This document shows, piece by piece, positions 39,209 through 51,399 of a stretch of 64,000 nucleotides of DNA (position 1 is the first letter of the stretch; each line of letters begins with the position of its first letter). Origin of the DNA: Chiloscyllium plagiosum (Eukaryota); the NCBI RefSeq assembly GCF_004010195.1, contig NC_057718.1, positions 63,202,225-63,266,224 of the forward strand, given 5' to 3'. The position numbers and the translations under genes are program-made. The notes under the pieces are model-generated. The model made no database searches, had not been told where the DNA came from, and worked only from the letters and a program-made list of their open reading frames with translations.

Positions 39209-39744
39209 CAAGCGAGCCAGGGAGGGTCAGTCAGTACACAGGGCAGCCAGAGACTGGAAGGCCAACAACCAGCTCGTAGGAAAGCGGCCCGGAGTAGTCC
39301 AGTTAGTATGCAGGATGACTAGGAGCTGAGTGGTCGATGATCAGCCTGGAGGAAAGCAGGCTGGGTGATGGTCGATCAGTACGTTGGGTGGCCGGAGACC
39401 AAAGGTCGACGACTGTCCTGCAGGAAGGCTAGCCAAGGACGGTCTGATCAGTATGTGGTGTGGACTGGCGTCATGTGTCTTTTTTTAAAGCTATATTGGA
39501 TAAATGTTCTATGCACTGTATCTCATTTAATTGCACTGTCTTGTCTGTTTGTTACTGTTATCTTTGTGATGACTGACAGTGGGACGTGAGGTTTGTCCTT
39601 ATTTCCCTGAAAACTGGTTGAATGGTGGAGTTTGGGATTTGGATTGCTGTCCTTTCCCCTGCATATGGTGGTTTTTTTTCTGTGAACTGCTGATTTCTGT
39701 TTATTGTTAATTGTATTTTGTACTGTTTAATAAAATTAAAAAAA
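39209..39744 (+). mobile_element. Insert G: longer copy of unidentified family B
   Basis: GC-rich 5' part with repeated GGTCGA(T/C)(G)ATCAG-like motifs, T-rich 3' part homologous to insert A, AATAAA plus poly-A. Bounded by AAACAGGAGTGT. Confidence 0.7.
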
Positions 39745-39996
39745 AAACAGGAGTGTCAGAGGTTCTGAGGAAGACTGACCAATGTCAAGTACTATGCACA
39801 TGTAAATTAAGGGTGATTTGATGACGAGGTACCAGCCTCTGTGGAGTTATTGCACCAGGAGTATTCTCAGTGCTCTTCAGTATTCTCCTCTGATGAATCA
39901 TTACTTTATTCCACCATCTTAATTTTCAGGAAGAGGTGCAAAACATGAGGAAAACATGTCAGGTTCCATTTTGTTTCCTACTTTTGGCATGAATGG

Positions 39997-40606
39997 TGAC
40001 AGTCTTGAATCCCTTAATCTGGACTGGACCAAACCCCCTCAAAATAGACAGCCTAAATCCTAACTTTTTCTTGTTTTAAGGGTAACTGTAAGGCTTTGTG
40101 TTCCAGATGCAATTTGATTGATCAAACTACTTGATGTTAAGCAAAACATACTTTATTTTCACACTCCAGTTAAAATATAGATCAAATTAAAAGAATTAGC
40201 TTAATTGTCACTCTAGTCAAATGCTTAACAAAATAATAAATATATTAACTGCTACTAATTAATTTCCAGAATAGTAACATCCCATAAACACACTGTTGGC
40301 AAAAGCAAATTCAGTAAAACAGATGGTCTCACATGTAATTCTGGCAGCAGAAAGAAATCCCAGTTTTTAGATGTAACAGAGAGGCATAAGAACTTTCACA
40401 TGTAGCTTCAATATCCCAGCAACTGCTACTGAAGGGCAAGACTTAAAAAAAATCCTGTTTCTGTGGGAGCTTGACCCCACCCATTCAGGCTGCATCTATT
40501 GTTCCAACTTAAAAAAAACCCAAGGCCTCGCAAGCTGAGTTGCTTTATTGGCTTTCTTCATTAAAAGAAAGATGAAATACACCTCTTAAAGCCATAGTAC
40601 TGTCAC
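39997..40606 (-). mobile_element. Solo LTR, gypsy-type
   Basis: Minus-strand start TGACAGTACTATGGCTTTAAGAGGTGTATT resembles the LTR start at 2495. Has an AATAAA poly-A signal (plus-strand TTTATT at about 40152). Confidence 0.55.
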
Positions 40607-40643
40607 TCCCTTTGAAATCAATTTGACTGCGACCTACAGCATT

Positions 40644-40935
40644 GGGGTGGTACAGTGGCTCAGTGGTTAGCACTGCTGCCTCACAGTGCCAGGGACCCGG
40701 GTTCGATTCCAGCCTCGGGTGACTGTGTGGGTTTCCTCCGCGTGCTGTGGTTTCCTCCCACAATTCAAAGATGTGCAGGCCAGGTGAATTGGCCATGCTA
40801 AACTGGCCATAGTGCTAGGTACATTAATTAAGGGTAAGTGTGGGGAATGGGTCTGTGTGGGTTACACTTCGGAGGGCTGGTGTGGAATTGTTGGGCTTGA
40901 AGGGCCTGGTTACGTATTGTAGGGAATCTAATCTA
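40644..40935 (+). mobile_element. HE1-type V-SINE
   Basis: A/B boxes (GGTTCGATTCC), internal deletion, AATCTAATCTA tail. Confidence 0.88.
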
Positions 40936-41029
40936 TAGCCAGTTGTAGTCACTGATTTGCACAATTCAATAAAAGAGATGGTTTTTTTTGGAGCAGCTGT
41001 GATGAGAGTGCACTGGGCAACAGGCAATT

Positions 41030-42425
41030 CTGGATTTGTTGATGTGTAATGAGGCAGACTTGATTAGAGAGCTGAAAGTGAAGAAAACCTTAGGGTGCCA
41101 GTATCCATAATAAGATAGAATTCACCCTGTAGTTTGAGAGGAAGAACCTTGAATCAGATGTAACAGGTTTACAATTGAGTGAAGGTAACTACAAAGATAT
41201 GAGAGAGAAGCTGGCCAGAGTTAATTGGAAAGGAAGCTTAGCAGGGAAAACAGTGGAGCAGCAATGATGGGGTTTCTGGTGATAATTCAGGAGACACAGC
41301 AGAAATGCATCCCAAGGAAGAAGACACATACTAACAGGAGAATGAAGCAACCATGGCTGACAAGGGAAGTCAGGGATAGCATAAAAGCAAAAGAAAAAAC
41401 ATTCAATGTGGTGAAGATTGGGAAACCAGAGGATTGGGAAGCCTTTAAAACCAGCAAAAGACAACTAAAAAATACATAAATGGGGAAACATGAAATATTA
41501 GGGTAAACTAGCTAGTAAAATAAAAGAACACTTTTTTTTAGATATGTAAAAGGTAAGAGAAAGGTAACATTGGAGAGCTGAAAAATGAGACTGAGTAAGT
41601 AGTAATGGGGAACAAAGAAATAGCAAATGATCAGAATTGTTACTTTGCATCAGTCTTCACGATGGAAGACATCAGCTGCATACCAGAACCTCAAGAGAGT
41701 CGGGCGGGGTGGGGGGCAGTATTGTCCATCACTGAGGAGAAAAAGCTGGTAATCTGAAAGTTCTGAAGGTGGATAAATGATCTGGACCAGATGGACTACA
41801 CCATAGGATTAGATTACAGTGTGGAAACAGGCCCTTCGGCCCAACAAGTTCACACCGACCCGCCGAAGTGCAACCCACCCATGCCCCTACATTTACCCCT
41901 TACCTAACACTACGGGGAATTTAGCATGGCCAATTCGCCTGACCTGCACATCTTTGTGACTGTGGGCTGTGAGGCAGCAGTGCTAACCACTGTGCCACCG
42001 TGCCGCCGTATCTCAAATGGAGATATTTGAGAAGAATGTGGAGGCAGTGGTGGTGCTTTTTCAGGAATCACTGGAGTCAAAGAGGGTTCCAGAGGACTGG
42101 AATATGGCTAATGTAATATGCCAGTTTAAGGTGGAGGGATGCAAAATGTAGGAAATAAGAGACTGGTTAGCCTGACCTCGTCATTGATAAGATTTTAGAG
42201 TCAATTATTAAGAATGAGATTGCAGAGTATTTGAAAGTGCATGGCAAGTAGGACTGAGACAGCATGAATTTGTCAAAGGGATGTCACGCCTGACAAATCT
42301 GTTAGAATTGTTTGAGGAGGTAATGAGCAAATTAGACAAGGGAGAACCAATTGGAATGATCTATTTGAATTTCCAGAAGGCCTTTAACAAGGTGCCACAT
42401 AGGAGGTTGGTAAATAAGATAGATT
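41030..42425 (+). mobile_element. CR1 LINE ORF2 fragment
   Basis: QPWLTREVRDSIK, SGPDGLHHRI, EDWNMANV, YLNFQKAFNKVPHRRL. Interrupted by a SINE. Confidence 0.9.
41807..42007 (-). mobile_element. HE1-type V-SINE with internal deletion
   Basis: Head and tail match 60451-60772, but the central V-domain is missing. Confidence 0.88.
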
Positions 42426-42552
42426 AGAAAAGAATAGCAATTTATTGTCACTTGTATTTATGAAAATACAGTGAGATGTGTATAAGGTACCACAATTCAA
42501 TGTAATTTACAGAAATTATAAAAAATTGAGACAAAGTTAGGACAAAGTTTAC

Positions 42553-42684
42553 CTTTGTTCCCTCCATGGGCCCTGGGTTTCTGGAATGGCTATGGGATGC
42601 CATTGTCAAAACAGCCTCTGAAGCTGCCAAATCAAGGATTTCTGGACCGAATCCACAAAATTGCCGTGTTGAATCCATCACCAC
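42553..42684 (-). other. Candidate orphan exon
   Basis: 132-nt open frame (VVMDSTRQFCGFGPEILDLAASEAVLTMASHSHSRNPGPMEGTK) ending AAG|GTAAAC. The acceptor is weak. Confidence 0.25.
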
Positions 42685-42824
42685 CTCAGTTGACAAATAT
42701 AATCTTCCTCCATCAAATTGTATTGATAAGCAATAAATATATAAAATTCAATTAAAATTAAATAAAAATGAATCCTGGGCAAGCCCCAAAGTTTTCTCAT
42801 GACTTAATTGGGAAGAGTGTATCA

Positions 42825-43600
42825 ATAAAGTGTGAGGTGCTGCATTTTGGAAAGGCAAATCAGGGCAGGACTGAAATACTTAATGGTAAGGTATTGGGGA
42901 ATGTTGCTGAACAAAGAGACTGTGGAGTGCAGGTTCATCGTTCCTTGAAAGTGGAATTGCAGGTAGATAGGATAGTGAAGAAGACATTTGGTATGCTTTG
43001 CTTTATTGGTCAGAGCATTGAGTAAAGAAGTTGGAAAGTCATGTGGCTGTACAGGACATTGATTAAGCCAATTTTGGAATATTGTCAGCAATTCTGGTCT
43101 CCCTCCTATAGGAAGGATGTTGTGTAACTTGAAAGGGTTCAGAAAAGATTTACAAGGATGTTGCCAGTGTTGGAGGGTTTGAGCTATAGGAGTGGATGAA
43201 TGGGCTGCGCAGAGGCTGAGGGGTGACCATATAGAGATTTATAAAATCTTGAGGGGCATGGATAGGATAAATAAACAAGATCTTTTCTCTGGGGTGGGGA
43301 AGTCCAGAACTGGAGAGCATAGGTTTAGGGTGAGAAGGGGAAAGATTTAAAAGGGACCTAAAGGGCAACTTTTTCATGCAGACGGTGGTGCATGTATGGA
43401 ATTGCTGCCAGAGGAAGTGGTGGAGGCTGGTACAATTACAATATTTAAAAGGCATCTGGGTGGGTATATGAGTAGGAAGGGATTAGAGAGATATGGGCTG
43501 GATGCTGGCAAATGGGACTAGCTTAGGTTAGTATATCTGGTTGGCATGGACGAGTTGGACTGAAGGGTCTGTTTCTGTGCTGTACATCTCTGTGACTCTA
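42825..43600 (+). mobile_element. CR1/HER1-type LINE complete 3' end
   Basis: KCEVLHFGKANQGR...FKRHL; 3' tail GTTGGACTGAAGGGTCTGTTTCTGTGCTGTA. Confidence 0.93.
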
Positions 43601-43891
43601 ATTGTGCGCACTGTTCCACAACTGCCACCAAATACATAAATGTATAAAATTCAAAAATTATAGCAGTTACTCTTTCCAAATTGTGTTAACAATCATTTGT
43701 TTCAACAAAAGCAGACATTTGATGGAAGAAAGAAAAATTTGCGTTATGTGGCACTTACATGGTTACTTTAATGTTATTTACATCCAATTAAGTTGTTTTA
43801 GAAGTGTAGTCACTCTTGTAATGTCGAAAACAGAATGGACAATTTTGAATACAGCAAGCTATTGCAAAAAGCACTGTGATAATTACCATAA

Positions 43892-44125
43892 AATCATAGA
43901 ATCAAATAGTGCAGAAGAGGCCTTTTGGCCCATCCAGTATTCACTGACAAAATCTACTCTAAATTTATACTGGTCCCACTTTTCAGCACTTGGCCCCATA
44001 ACTTTGAACTTTATGGTATTTCAAGTGCCAGAGTGAGTACTTTGTAAAGGTTGTGAAGCTGCTCATCATAACTGCCCATCGAGGCAGTGCATTCGAGATT
44101 ATCACCACCCTCTTGGTGAAACTGT
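43892..44125 (-). mobile_element. CR1 3' tail fragment (old)
   Basis: ATCATAGAATC...GAGGCCTTTTGGCCCATC antisense tail. Confidence 0.6.
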
Positions 44126-45993
44126 TTTTAAAAGTATTTGTTTCAATGGTATTGACTGAGGCACAAATATTTGCCACTTGGGTTAACCTCCCTTTTTTTT
44201 CAACAAAATGGTGCTTTTTGACCTTTTATGTCTCATCTGAAAGAGAGCACCTCCACCAATGAAACACTACTCAATATTTCAGTCTTGATTTTTGTGTGCT
44301 CAAGTCCAGAAGTCGAACCTCTGAGTCAGGGACAGGAATTGTACCAACTGAGTCGCAACTGACATGTGTTACATTCCCAGATGAGATCACCAAATTATTT
44401 TTTGACTTAGAAGACAAAAGGTGAGATCCAAAAGACCAACTAAGTTACAAGATTCCATGGCTTTGAACAAACAACAATGCTATACAATTTCAAACAATAA
44501 TACAAATTATAATTCATGTACAACTTTTTTCTAATACACAGAATTAACGTGCTAAAAATTGGTAATGTACTGTGATCGGACATTCGACAGTGCATAACAA
44601 ATGGCAAATGTTATTAGGACAGATCCTATTGATCTCTCAATAATTCTCTCTCAACAATAATGACACAATGATCATCAAATCTGATTAAACTTCACAAAGA
44701 TTACAGATTTTCACTTTTGCCAGTCTGGTCTTGAAATACCCTCTCAAGAACCATTCCATCATGGATGGCCTGAAGTACTGCTCTGTTTTGGTCGATCACC
44801 CTCCTTTCCTGTGTCTACACGCTCTGTTACTCTGAAACTGTCCCAGTACTTACTAATTAGAACAACTCCAGCTTTTTGCCAACAGAAAGCTTCATTAAGC
44901 TAGCTATGTCCCTGGCTTTTCACGGACCTTCAAACTTGCTCAGTTGTGCAAGCCAACTATTGTCAATGGATTTTCAACACCTTCTACACTGAAGTATTAA
45001 TGCCCGCAGACTTCTGCTGAGTTCTTCACAATTTTCCCCAACATAAAGCTAGCAATTTTCCCACTTTCTTAGCTACCTCGGATTTCTTCTGAGTCCTGAC
45101 TTCAAAACTTAGCTGCTTACTAATTCTCAGAACTTCTTTGAGTTTATTTTAACAACATTCAACTGCTCTTGACTCCTCTGAAGGACAGATAAAAATCAAC
45201 ACACTTAACTTGGAGTGTGCCACTTTCTCTACCTCTTTCTCCAACTAATCTGTGTCCCTAAGAATAGTTTTTCAGTGGATCCTGAGCTTCCTTGAGTGAT
45301 CTATTGTAATTGTTGCAATAAGCTTTAATCCTATAATAGAGCAGAATTGAATATTGCCACCTAGGAATTCTGGAACTCCTTCGGGCCCAGAATATTACAA
45401 AATTGACATTTTCACAGTATGCTGGCTTTCAGCTAAAGAATGCTTACAAAAAGGATGCATCACAAACAAAAACTATTTTACAAGCAATAGTTTAGCAACT
45501 GTTAAATGTTGATAGCATGTCATATATGGTTAAATTAGAGGGAAAATGGAGGGAAACAAAAATATAGCTGTTTATCTTATTCTTGATTACCCTTGCATTG
45601 AAGTTAAATTTTATGTTCCCAAGGATAATTTTTCTTAGTTCTTATTGTAGCTGTTGAAAAGACAAATTACAGGAATGTTCACACAAATTTTGAACGAAAA
45701 CATATGATTGATTATTACAAGTTCATTGTCATTTGAAAATACCATTTCTAAACAAACTAGCTGAATGGAATTTAAATTCTGAACACAATTATTCAGAAAG
45801 AATAATTGTGATTTTACAATTTCATCATTATTGCTCCTTGCTGTAACTTTCTTGTAGATCAAATCTTTCCAAGCTGATTTAATATTTCATGGATATACCA
45901 AATGTTTTAAGTAGATGCAAATCTTTTCTTATGGATCTGATACAATCAAACTTCAAAATATTCTTTAAATTCAAAACATGCAATATAGCTTAC

Positions 45994-46060
45994 CATTGAT
46001 ATTTGCTTCTTCAATCTGGAGAATACTTTCTAAGGTAACATCATCAATTCCAACTTCAAC
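45994..46060 (-). other. Candidate orphan coding exon
   Basis: TTTTAAAG| VEVGIDDVTLESILQIEEANIN G|GTAAGC. Only one frame is open and the composition is protein-like. Confidence 0.4.
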
Positions 46061-46649
46061 CTTTAAAACCAGAGTTAATCAAACCAGCAATTGGTTGTCC
46101 ACCATTTTCAGTCTAGCTGGCAACAGATTCAGATAGTTATGGCCTGGAGTTTTTGTGTAGCTATTTATTTTCTCTACCTTTCACAGAATTCTCAAGTGGA
46201 GAACAATCTAATTTAATCCAAATTTTTGACTGTTCTTTTAAAAAACTATTCATTATGGAATTAGGGTTTGCAGATAATGATCATTTATTGCACATCTCAT
46301 GTGGCGGACTTCCTTCTTGAAATACTACATTATATCTTTTGAGAACAATCAGAAAGTCATCGCCTGTGTGAATTAGTGAACAGTGTTTGACAAAACATAA
46401 TTGAACAAAATTTCAGAATTTTCAACGCAGTGAAAATTTGGATACATGAAAATGTGTCTTTGAGGGGCTCAGAAGTTTATGTTACCTTTATAAAGGATCT
46501 TCTTCAGGTTTTCAGAAGGAGAATTTAAAACAGAATTGCGGATAGTTTAGCAAAAGATATGATTAAAATCATTAAAAGAAAAAGAAGAAACAGGTCCTTG
46601 AGGCTTCAAGAGGCCTTTGCACACATTATAGGGTCTAATTCACATTTCA

Positions 46650-47715
46650 GGTATAATCATATGACCCAGGTATACTGCTTAAATGCCATTTTTCTCAACA
46701 TATAAGGATCACAAAAAAAAGGATGAATTTCATTTGTTTTGACTGAATGGAGCAGATTTTGGAAGGTTAGGCAGAATGAGTTTAAAAAAACAAAATTTAT
46801 TTTGAGGTGATAAATGAAAGTTTGAAGGTAGGACATAATTACAGTTCTGTCAGTGCACTTTTCATGTGCATTTTGTGAAGATCACAATCTTTTATTTTAC
46901 TTTATTTTTGATTGTGGTCTGAATTATTACAAAGGACTAGGAAGGAATTGCTGCACTCTTTAAAAAACAAATTATTAATATTCATAGTCAGTTGTGTTTA
47001 CATTGGTTCTTTGCAACTGGGGAGGCGGGGAAGGGAGAAGGTATAAATAGATGGCATGGCACTGGAGCATTTGTCCAAAGTGAGATTCAGCCAGTAACAG
47101 GTAGAAGATTGGTTTGTGCAGTTGTAACTACTCTGGATGCCAAAGGTAATCAGCCTGATGACAATTCTCTGGTTCCTGGGTAGCTGAACAGCTTGTGGGT
47201 GTGAATGATACAGTGAGAAGATCTTGGGTTTCTAGAATGGGAGGTGGTGACTTGCTTTCTCTCTCACCAGAGTAATGCCAAAGTAATGCTCTCTATGCCA
47301 AAGTAATACTTTTTAAAAACTGAAGGACTTGGGAAACAAAATGAAGCCTCCGTTGAATCCTCAGAACTGTTGCCATTGAATTGTTTTCCTATATTTTTCT
47401 TCCCTCCATCAATAACATCTATTCTTTTTGTCTATCTAGGAGGATTTAGGTTTAGGAGGATTTTAGAAGGTAGTTAGCGTTTTAACTCGTTAAGAGCTAT
47501 ACGTCGATAGTTCATAGTTGTTTACCTTTGATTAGAATCTATTTATTTCTAATAAATAGTAATTCCACTTAATCAATGTTTTGTGTTAACCTGAGGGTAT
47601 TTGACAGGCAAACTAGGGACTTTGTATACTTTGATATAACTTTTGAACTTTTGTGATGACTGTGGGAATAATGAGCTTTGAATTCCAACATGCTACCCCA
47701 GGGGTTCATAACAAA
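46650..47715 (+). mobile_element. Probable LTR (decayed), upstream of gag
   Basis: AATAAA followed by an end ...GGGGTTCATAACA. Lies 5' of the gag remnant at 50150. Boundaries uncertain. Confidence 0.35.
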
Positions 47716-48039
47716 GTTAGGAAGCTGTTGTTGGGATTGCTTTTGAAATACAGACAATGAGGATTTTGGTCTGGTATTTGTAAATCACAAAAGGTGAAGA
47801 AAATACTAGGTCCTGTCCTGTGAATAAAGAACATTAGAAATTGTCAAGGATTTCCTGCAGGTGGCAGAGTTGTCCCTGATAATTTGAAGTGAACTTTCAA
47901 AACCCATGCCACATAAACTGTAGTTCACATTGCCGAGCACAGCTAAGCAGGCAAAAATAATTGAGCACTGGCACAAGAGACAAAGTCATGTCTTCACACT
48001 GAGAGTACCCTCTATCATGTTTGTGAGGTACTTTCACCA

Positions 48040-50130
48040 TGCTAAATGGGACAGACTTTGAGCAGATCTAGCAACTCAAAACTGGAAATCTATGAGGCTC
48101 TGTGGGCCGTCAACAACAGTCGAATTGTACAGCACAATCTGAAACTTGATGGCCGAGCATATCCCCCATTCAATCATTACAATCAAGCCAGGGAATCAAT
48201 GGAGATTGCAGGAGGGAATGCTGGGAGCAGCATCAGGCATACCTAAAACTGAGGTTTCAACCTTGGTGAAGGCACCAAACAGTAATATTTGCATGCCAAA
48301 CAACATAAGCAGCAAGTGATGGACAGAGCAAAGGGAGCCCACAACCAAAGGATCAGATCTAAGCTCTGCAGTCCTGTTACATTCAGTTGTGAATGATGGT
48401 GGACAATTGAACAACTCACTGGAGGGGGAGGCTCCACAAGTATCTCCTTTCTTAATGATGGAAGAGCCCAACACATCAGTGCAAAACCAAAGGCTGAAGG
48501 TTTTGCAACAATCTTTAACAGAAGTACCAAATGGATGACCCATCTTGATCTCCTCCAGGGGTCCCCAGCATCACAGTTATCAGTCTTCAGCCAATTCGAT
48601 TCACTCCGTGTGATATTAAGAAATGGTTGGAGGCACTGGACACTGCAAAGGCTAGGGGTTCTGACATTATTCCAGCAATAATACTGAAGACTTATGTTCC
48701 AGAACTTGCTGTTCCCCTAGCCAAGCTGTTCCAGTACAGTTACAATACTGGCATCTGCCTGACAATGTGTAAAATTGCCCAAGCATGTTCAGTAGATAAA
48801 ATATGGGCCAATTACTGCTACATCAGTCTACTCTTGATCATCAAAAAAGTGCTGGAAGGTGTCATAAACTGTGCTATCAAGCAGCACCTTCTCAGCAATA
48901 ACTTGCTAATTATTCAGTGATGCCCAGTTTGGGTTCCGCCAGGGCCCTCAGCTCCTGGTTTCATTCCAGCCTTGGTTCAAACATGGATAAAAGAGTTGAA
49001 TACCAGAGGTGAGGTGAGAGTGACAGCCTTTGACATCAAGGCTGCATTTGACCACATCTGGCATCAAGGAACAAAATGGGAGTCAATGGGTATTGGAGGC
49101 AAATGGCCTACTCATTGCAGATGATTGTGGTTGTTGGAGGTCAGTCATCTCAGTTCTAATATATATCTGCAGGCCTTGCTCAGGTTAGTTCGTTAGGCCC
49201 AACCATCTTCAGCTGCTTCTTCGATGAGCATCACTCCATCATCATGTTAGAAGTGGGGATGTTCACTGATGGTTGCACACAATGTTCAACACAATTTGTG
49301 ACTCCTTAGATACTGTTCAAATGCAACAAGATCTGGACAATACCCAAGCTTGGGCTGACAAGTGACAAGTAATATTCATGTCACAGAAATGCCAGGCCAT
49401 GACCATCGCCAAAAAGAGACAGTCCAACCACCGCCTTTTGACATTCAATGGTTTACCATCACTGAATACGCCACTGTCAATATCCCATTCACCAAAAACT
49501 CAACTGGACACATCTCATAAACACAGTGGCTAGAAGAGCAGGTCAGAGGCTACGAATACTGTGGTGAGTAACTCACTTCCTGACTCCCCAAAGCCTGTCC
49601 ACAAGGCATAAGTCAGGAGTGTGATGGAATATTCCCATTGCCTGGATGAGTGCTGCTCCAACACCACTCAAGAAGCTTTACACCATCCGTGTCAAAGCAG
49701 CCCACTTGATTGGCACTACATCCACAAACATTCACTCCCTCCACCAGCAACACTCAGTAGCAGCAGTGTGTACAATCTACAAGATACACTACAGAAAGTC
49801 ACCAAAGATCCTCAGACAGTGCCTTCCAAACCCATGACCATTTCTATCTGGAAGGATAAGGGCAGCAGATACATGGGAATACCACCAATCTGCAATTTAT
49901 CCTCCACACTACTCACCATCCTGACATAGAAGTTCATTGCTGTTTCACCCAGTGTTGCTGGGTCAAAATCCTGGAATTCTCTCCCTAACGGCATTATGAG
50001 ACAACCCACAGCAGGTGGACAGCAGCAGTTCAAGAAAGCAATTCACCACCACCCTCTCAAGGGCAAGTTGTGACAGGCAATAAATACTGGCTGAGCCAGT
50101 AATGCCCACATCACACAAATGAATAAAGTA
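48040..50130 (+). mobile_element. CR1-type LINE (second family), RT to 3' end
   Basis: ALDTAKARGSDIIPAIILK, QFGFRQG, AFDIKAAFD, LGPTIFSCF, VMEYS; tail GGCAATAAATACTGGC...GAATAAAG. Confidence 0.92.
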
Positions 50131-50149
50131 AGTAATATTTGGGTGTAAT

Positions 50150-51350
50150 AGAAATACAAGAGAGACCAGACCTGGGTATTGACATATTTGAGTCAGGTAA
50201 TATTCAGTTTTGGCGAAAGCAGCTTGAACATGAGGACAAAATAAAGAAACTAGAGATGCCAAAGAGAGAGATAAGGAAAGGGTGTTAGAATTAAAAAGAT
50301 AGGCAATGGAAATGAGAACACGAGAATTAAAATTGCAAAGAGAAAGAGAGATAAAGAGAGAGAACATGAATATCAGCTTCAAGGGATGAATGTGAAAAAA
50401 GACATCAGATGCTGATGCAGGTTATGATAACAGACTTGAAGTCACAATATTTAAGTTTGTGTGGGCCTTTTCCAAATTTGAGAAAGCGGATGTGCTGGCA
50501 CTCACGTTGTTTGAGAAAATTGCAAGGCCAATGAATTGCAGGAAATCACCCATGCAGAGCAGGTTGGTGAGTGAAGCTCAGGAAATTTATGCTTCACTAT
50601 CAGATGGGGTTTCCAGGGAGTACGATGCTGTTAAACAAGAAGCTGTGTTGGCTGCATATGAGTGAGGCTTATCGGCAGAGGTTCTGGAATTTAAGCAACC
50701 AGTCTGAGCAAACCTACATTGGATCTGAAAAGCTTAAGGAAAGTAATTTTGAGAAGTGGATGCAAACATTAGAAGGTTAAATCATGTATGAAGCTCATAG
50801 AGAAATTATTTTCTTAGAGGAATTTTAAAACTCACTACCTTTTGCAATAAGAATCCATGTTGAGGACTTTAGAGTTCCAACTGTTATTCAGGTAGCAATA
50901 ATGGCGATTATGAGCTGATCCATAAAACTAAATCTTTTTTTGCTGACATCTCATAAATTTAAAGAATAGGAAGTGGGAGGGTAAAAGCAAGATTAAAAAG
51001 GCAGGGTAAAGAGCTGGGAACAAGCTAAGATTTCCTTCTCAGATCTGGAAGGAAAGTGCTCAGGGCAGAGGTGAAAATTGATGATGCAGTTCTTCTATTG
51101 TAACAAAATGAATCACATTTACTTAGAATGCCTGAAGATGCAAGGGGAACCCATGGGACTAGTTGCAGTTTGTAAGAATTAATCTGAAAATGGAAATCAA
51201 AACAAAAATGCCATGGATTCGATTGTTACTGTAACTATAAGTAAGCAAGTGGAAATAAATGTTGCTGTGAATGCAGAAGAGGTACGTAGGGTAGCCAGAC
51301 CCACAACTGTACAGAAGAATACAGAGCTACTTGAACACTTGCTGGAGAAG
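50150..51350 (+). mobile_element. Decayed Gmr1-like gypsy gag
   Basis: FEKIA...QSRL..EAQEIYASLS...EYDAVK..VL.AYE..AYRQRF.NL; REIIFLEEF; degenerate zinc knuckle FYCNKMNHIYLEC at about 51090-51130. Confidence 0.8.
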
Positions 51351-51399
51351 GATTTAGATCCAGTGCAACCTCTGTATCCAAAAGATCATAAGCCATCAT

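Larger units (their letters stand above)
37553..39854 (+). mobile_element. Solo LTR split by a stack of seven retro-inserts
   Basis: Left half 37553-37660 and right half 39745-39854 together align with the LTR copy at 60308-60929 (AGAATATGA.TTCCCTGATTGGGGC.GTTAA ... GCCTCTGTGGAGTTATT.CA). Confidence 0.85.

Noticed and set aside
37649..39756. Repeat-spacer pattern resembling a CRISPR array
   Set aside because: The repeat is only 12 bp, spacers vary from 28 to 540 bp and are A-tailed retroelement ends, the context is eukaryotic, and there are no cas genes.
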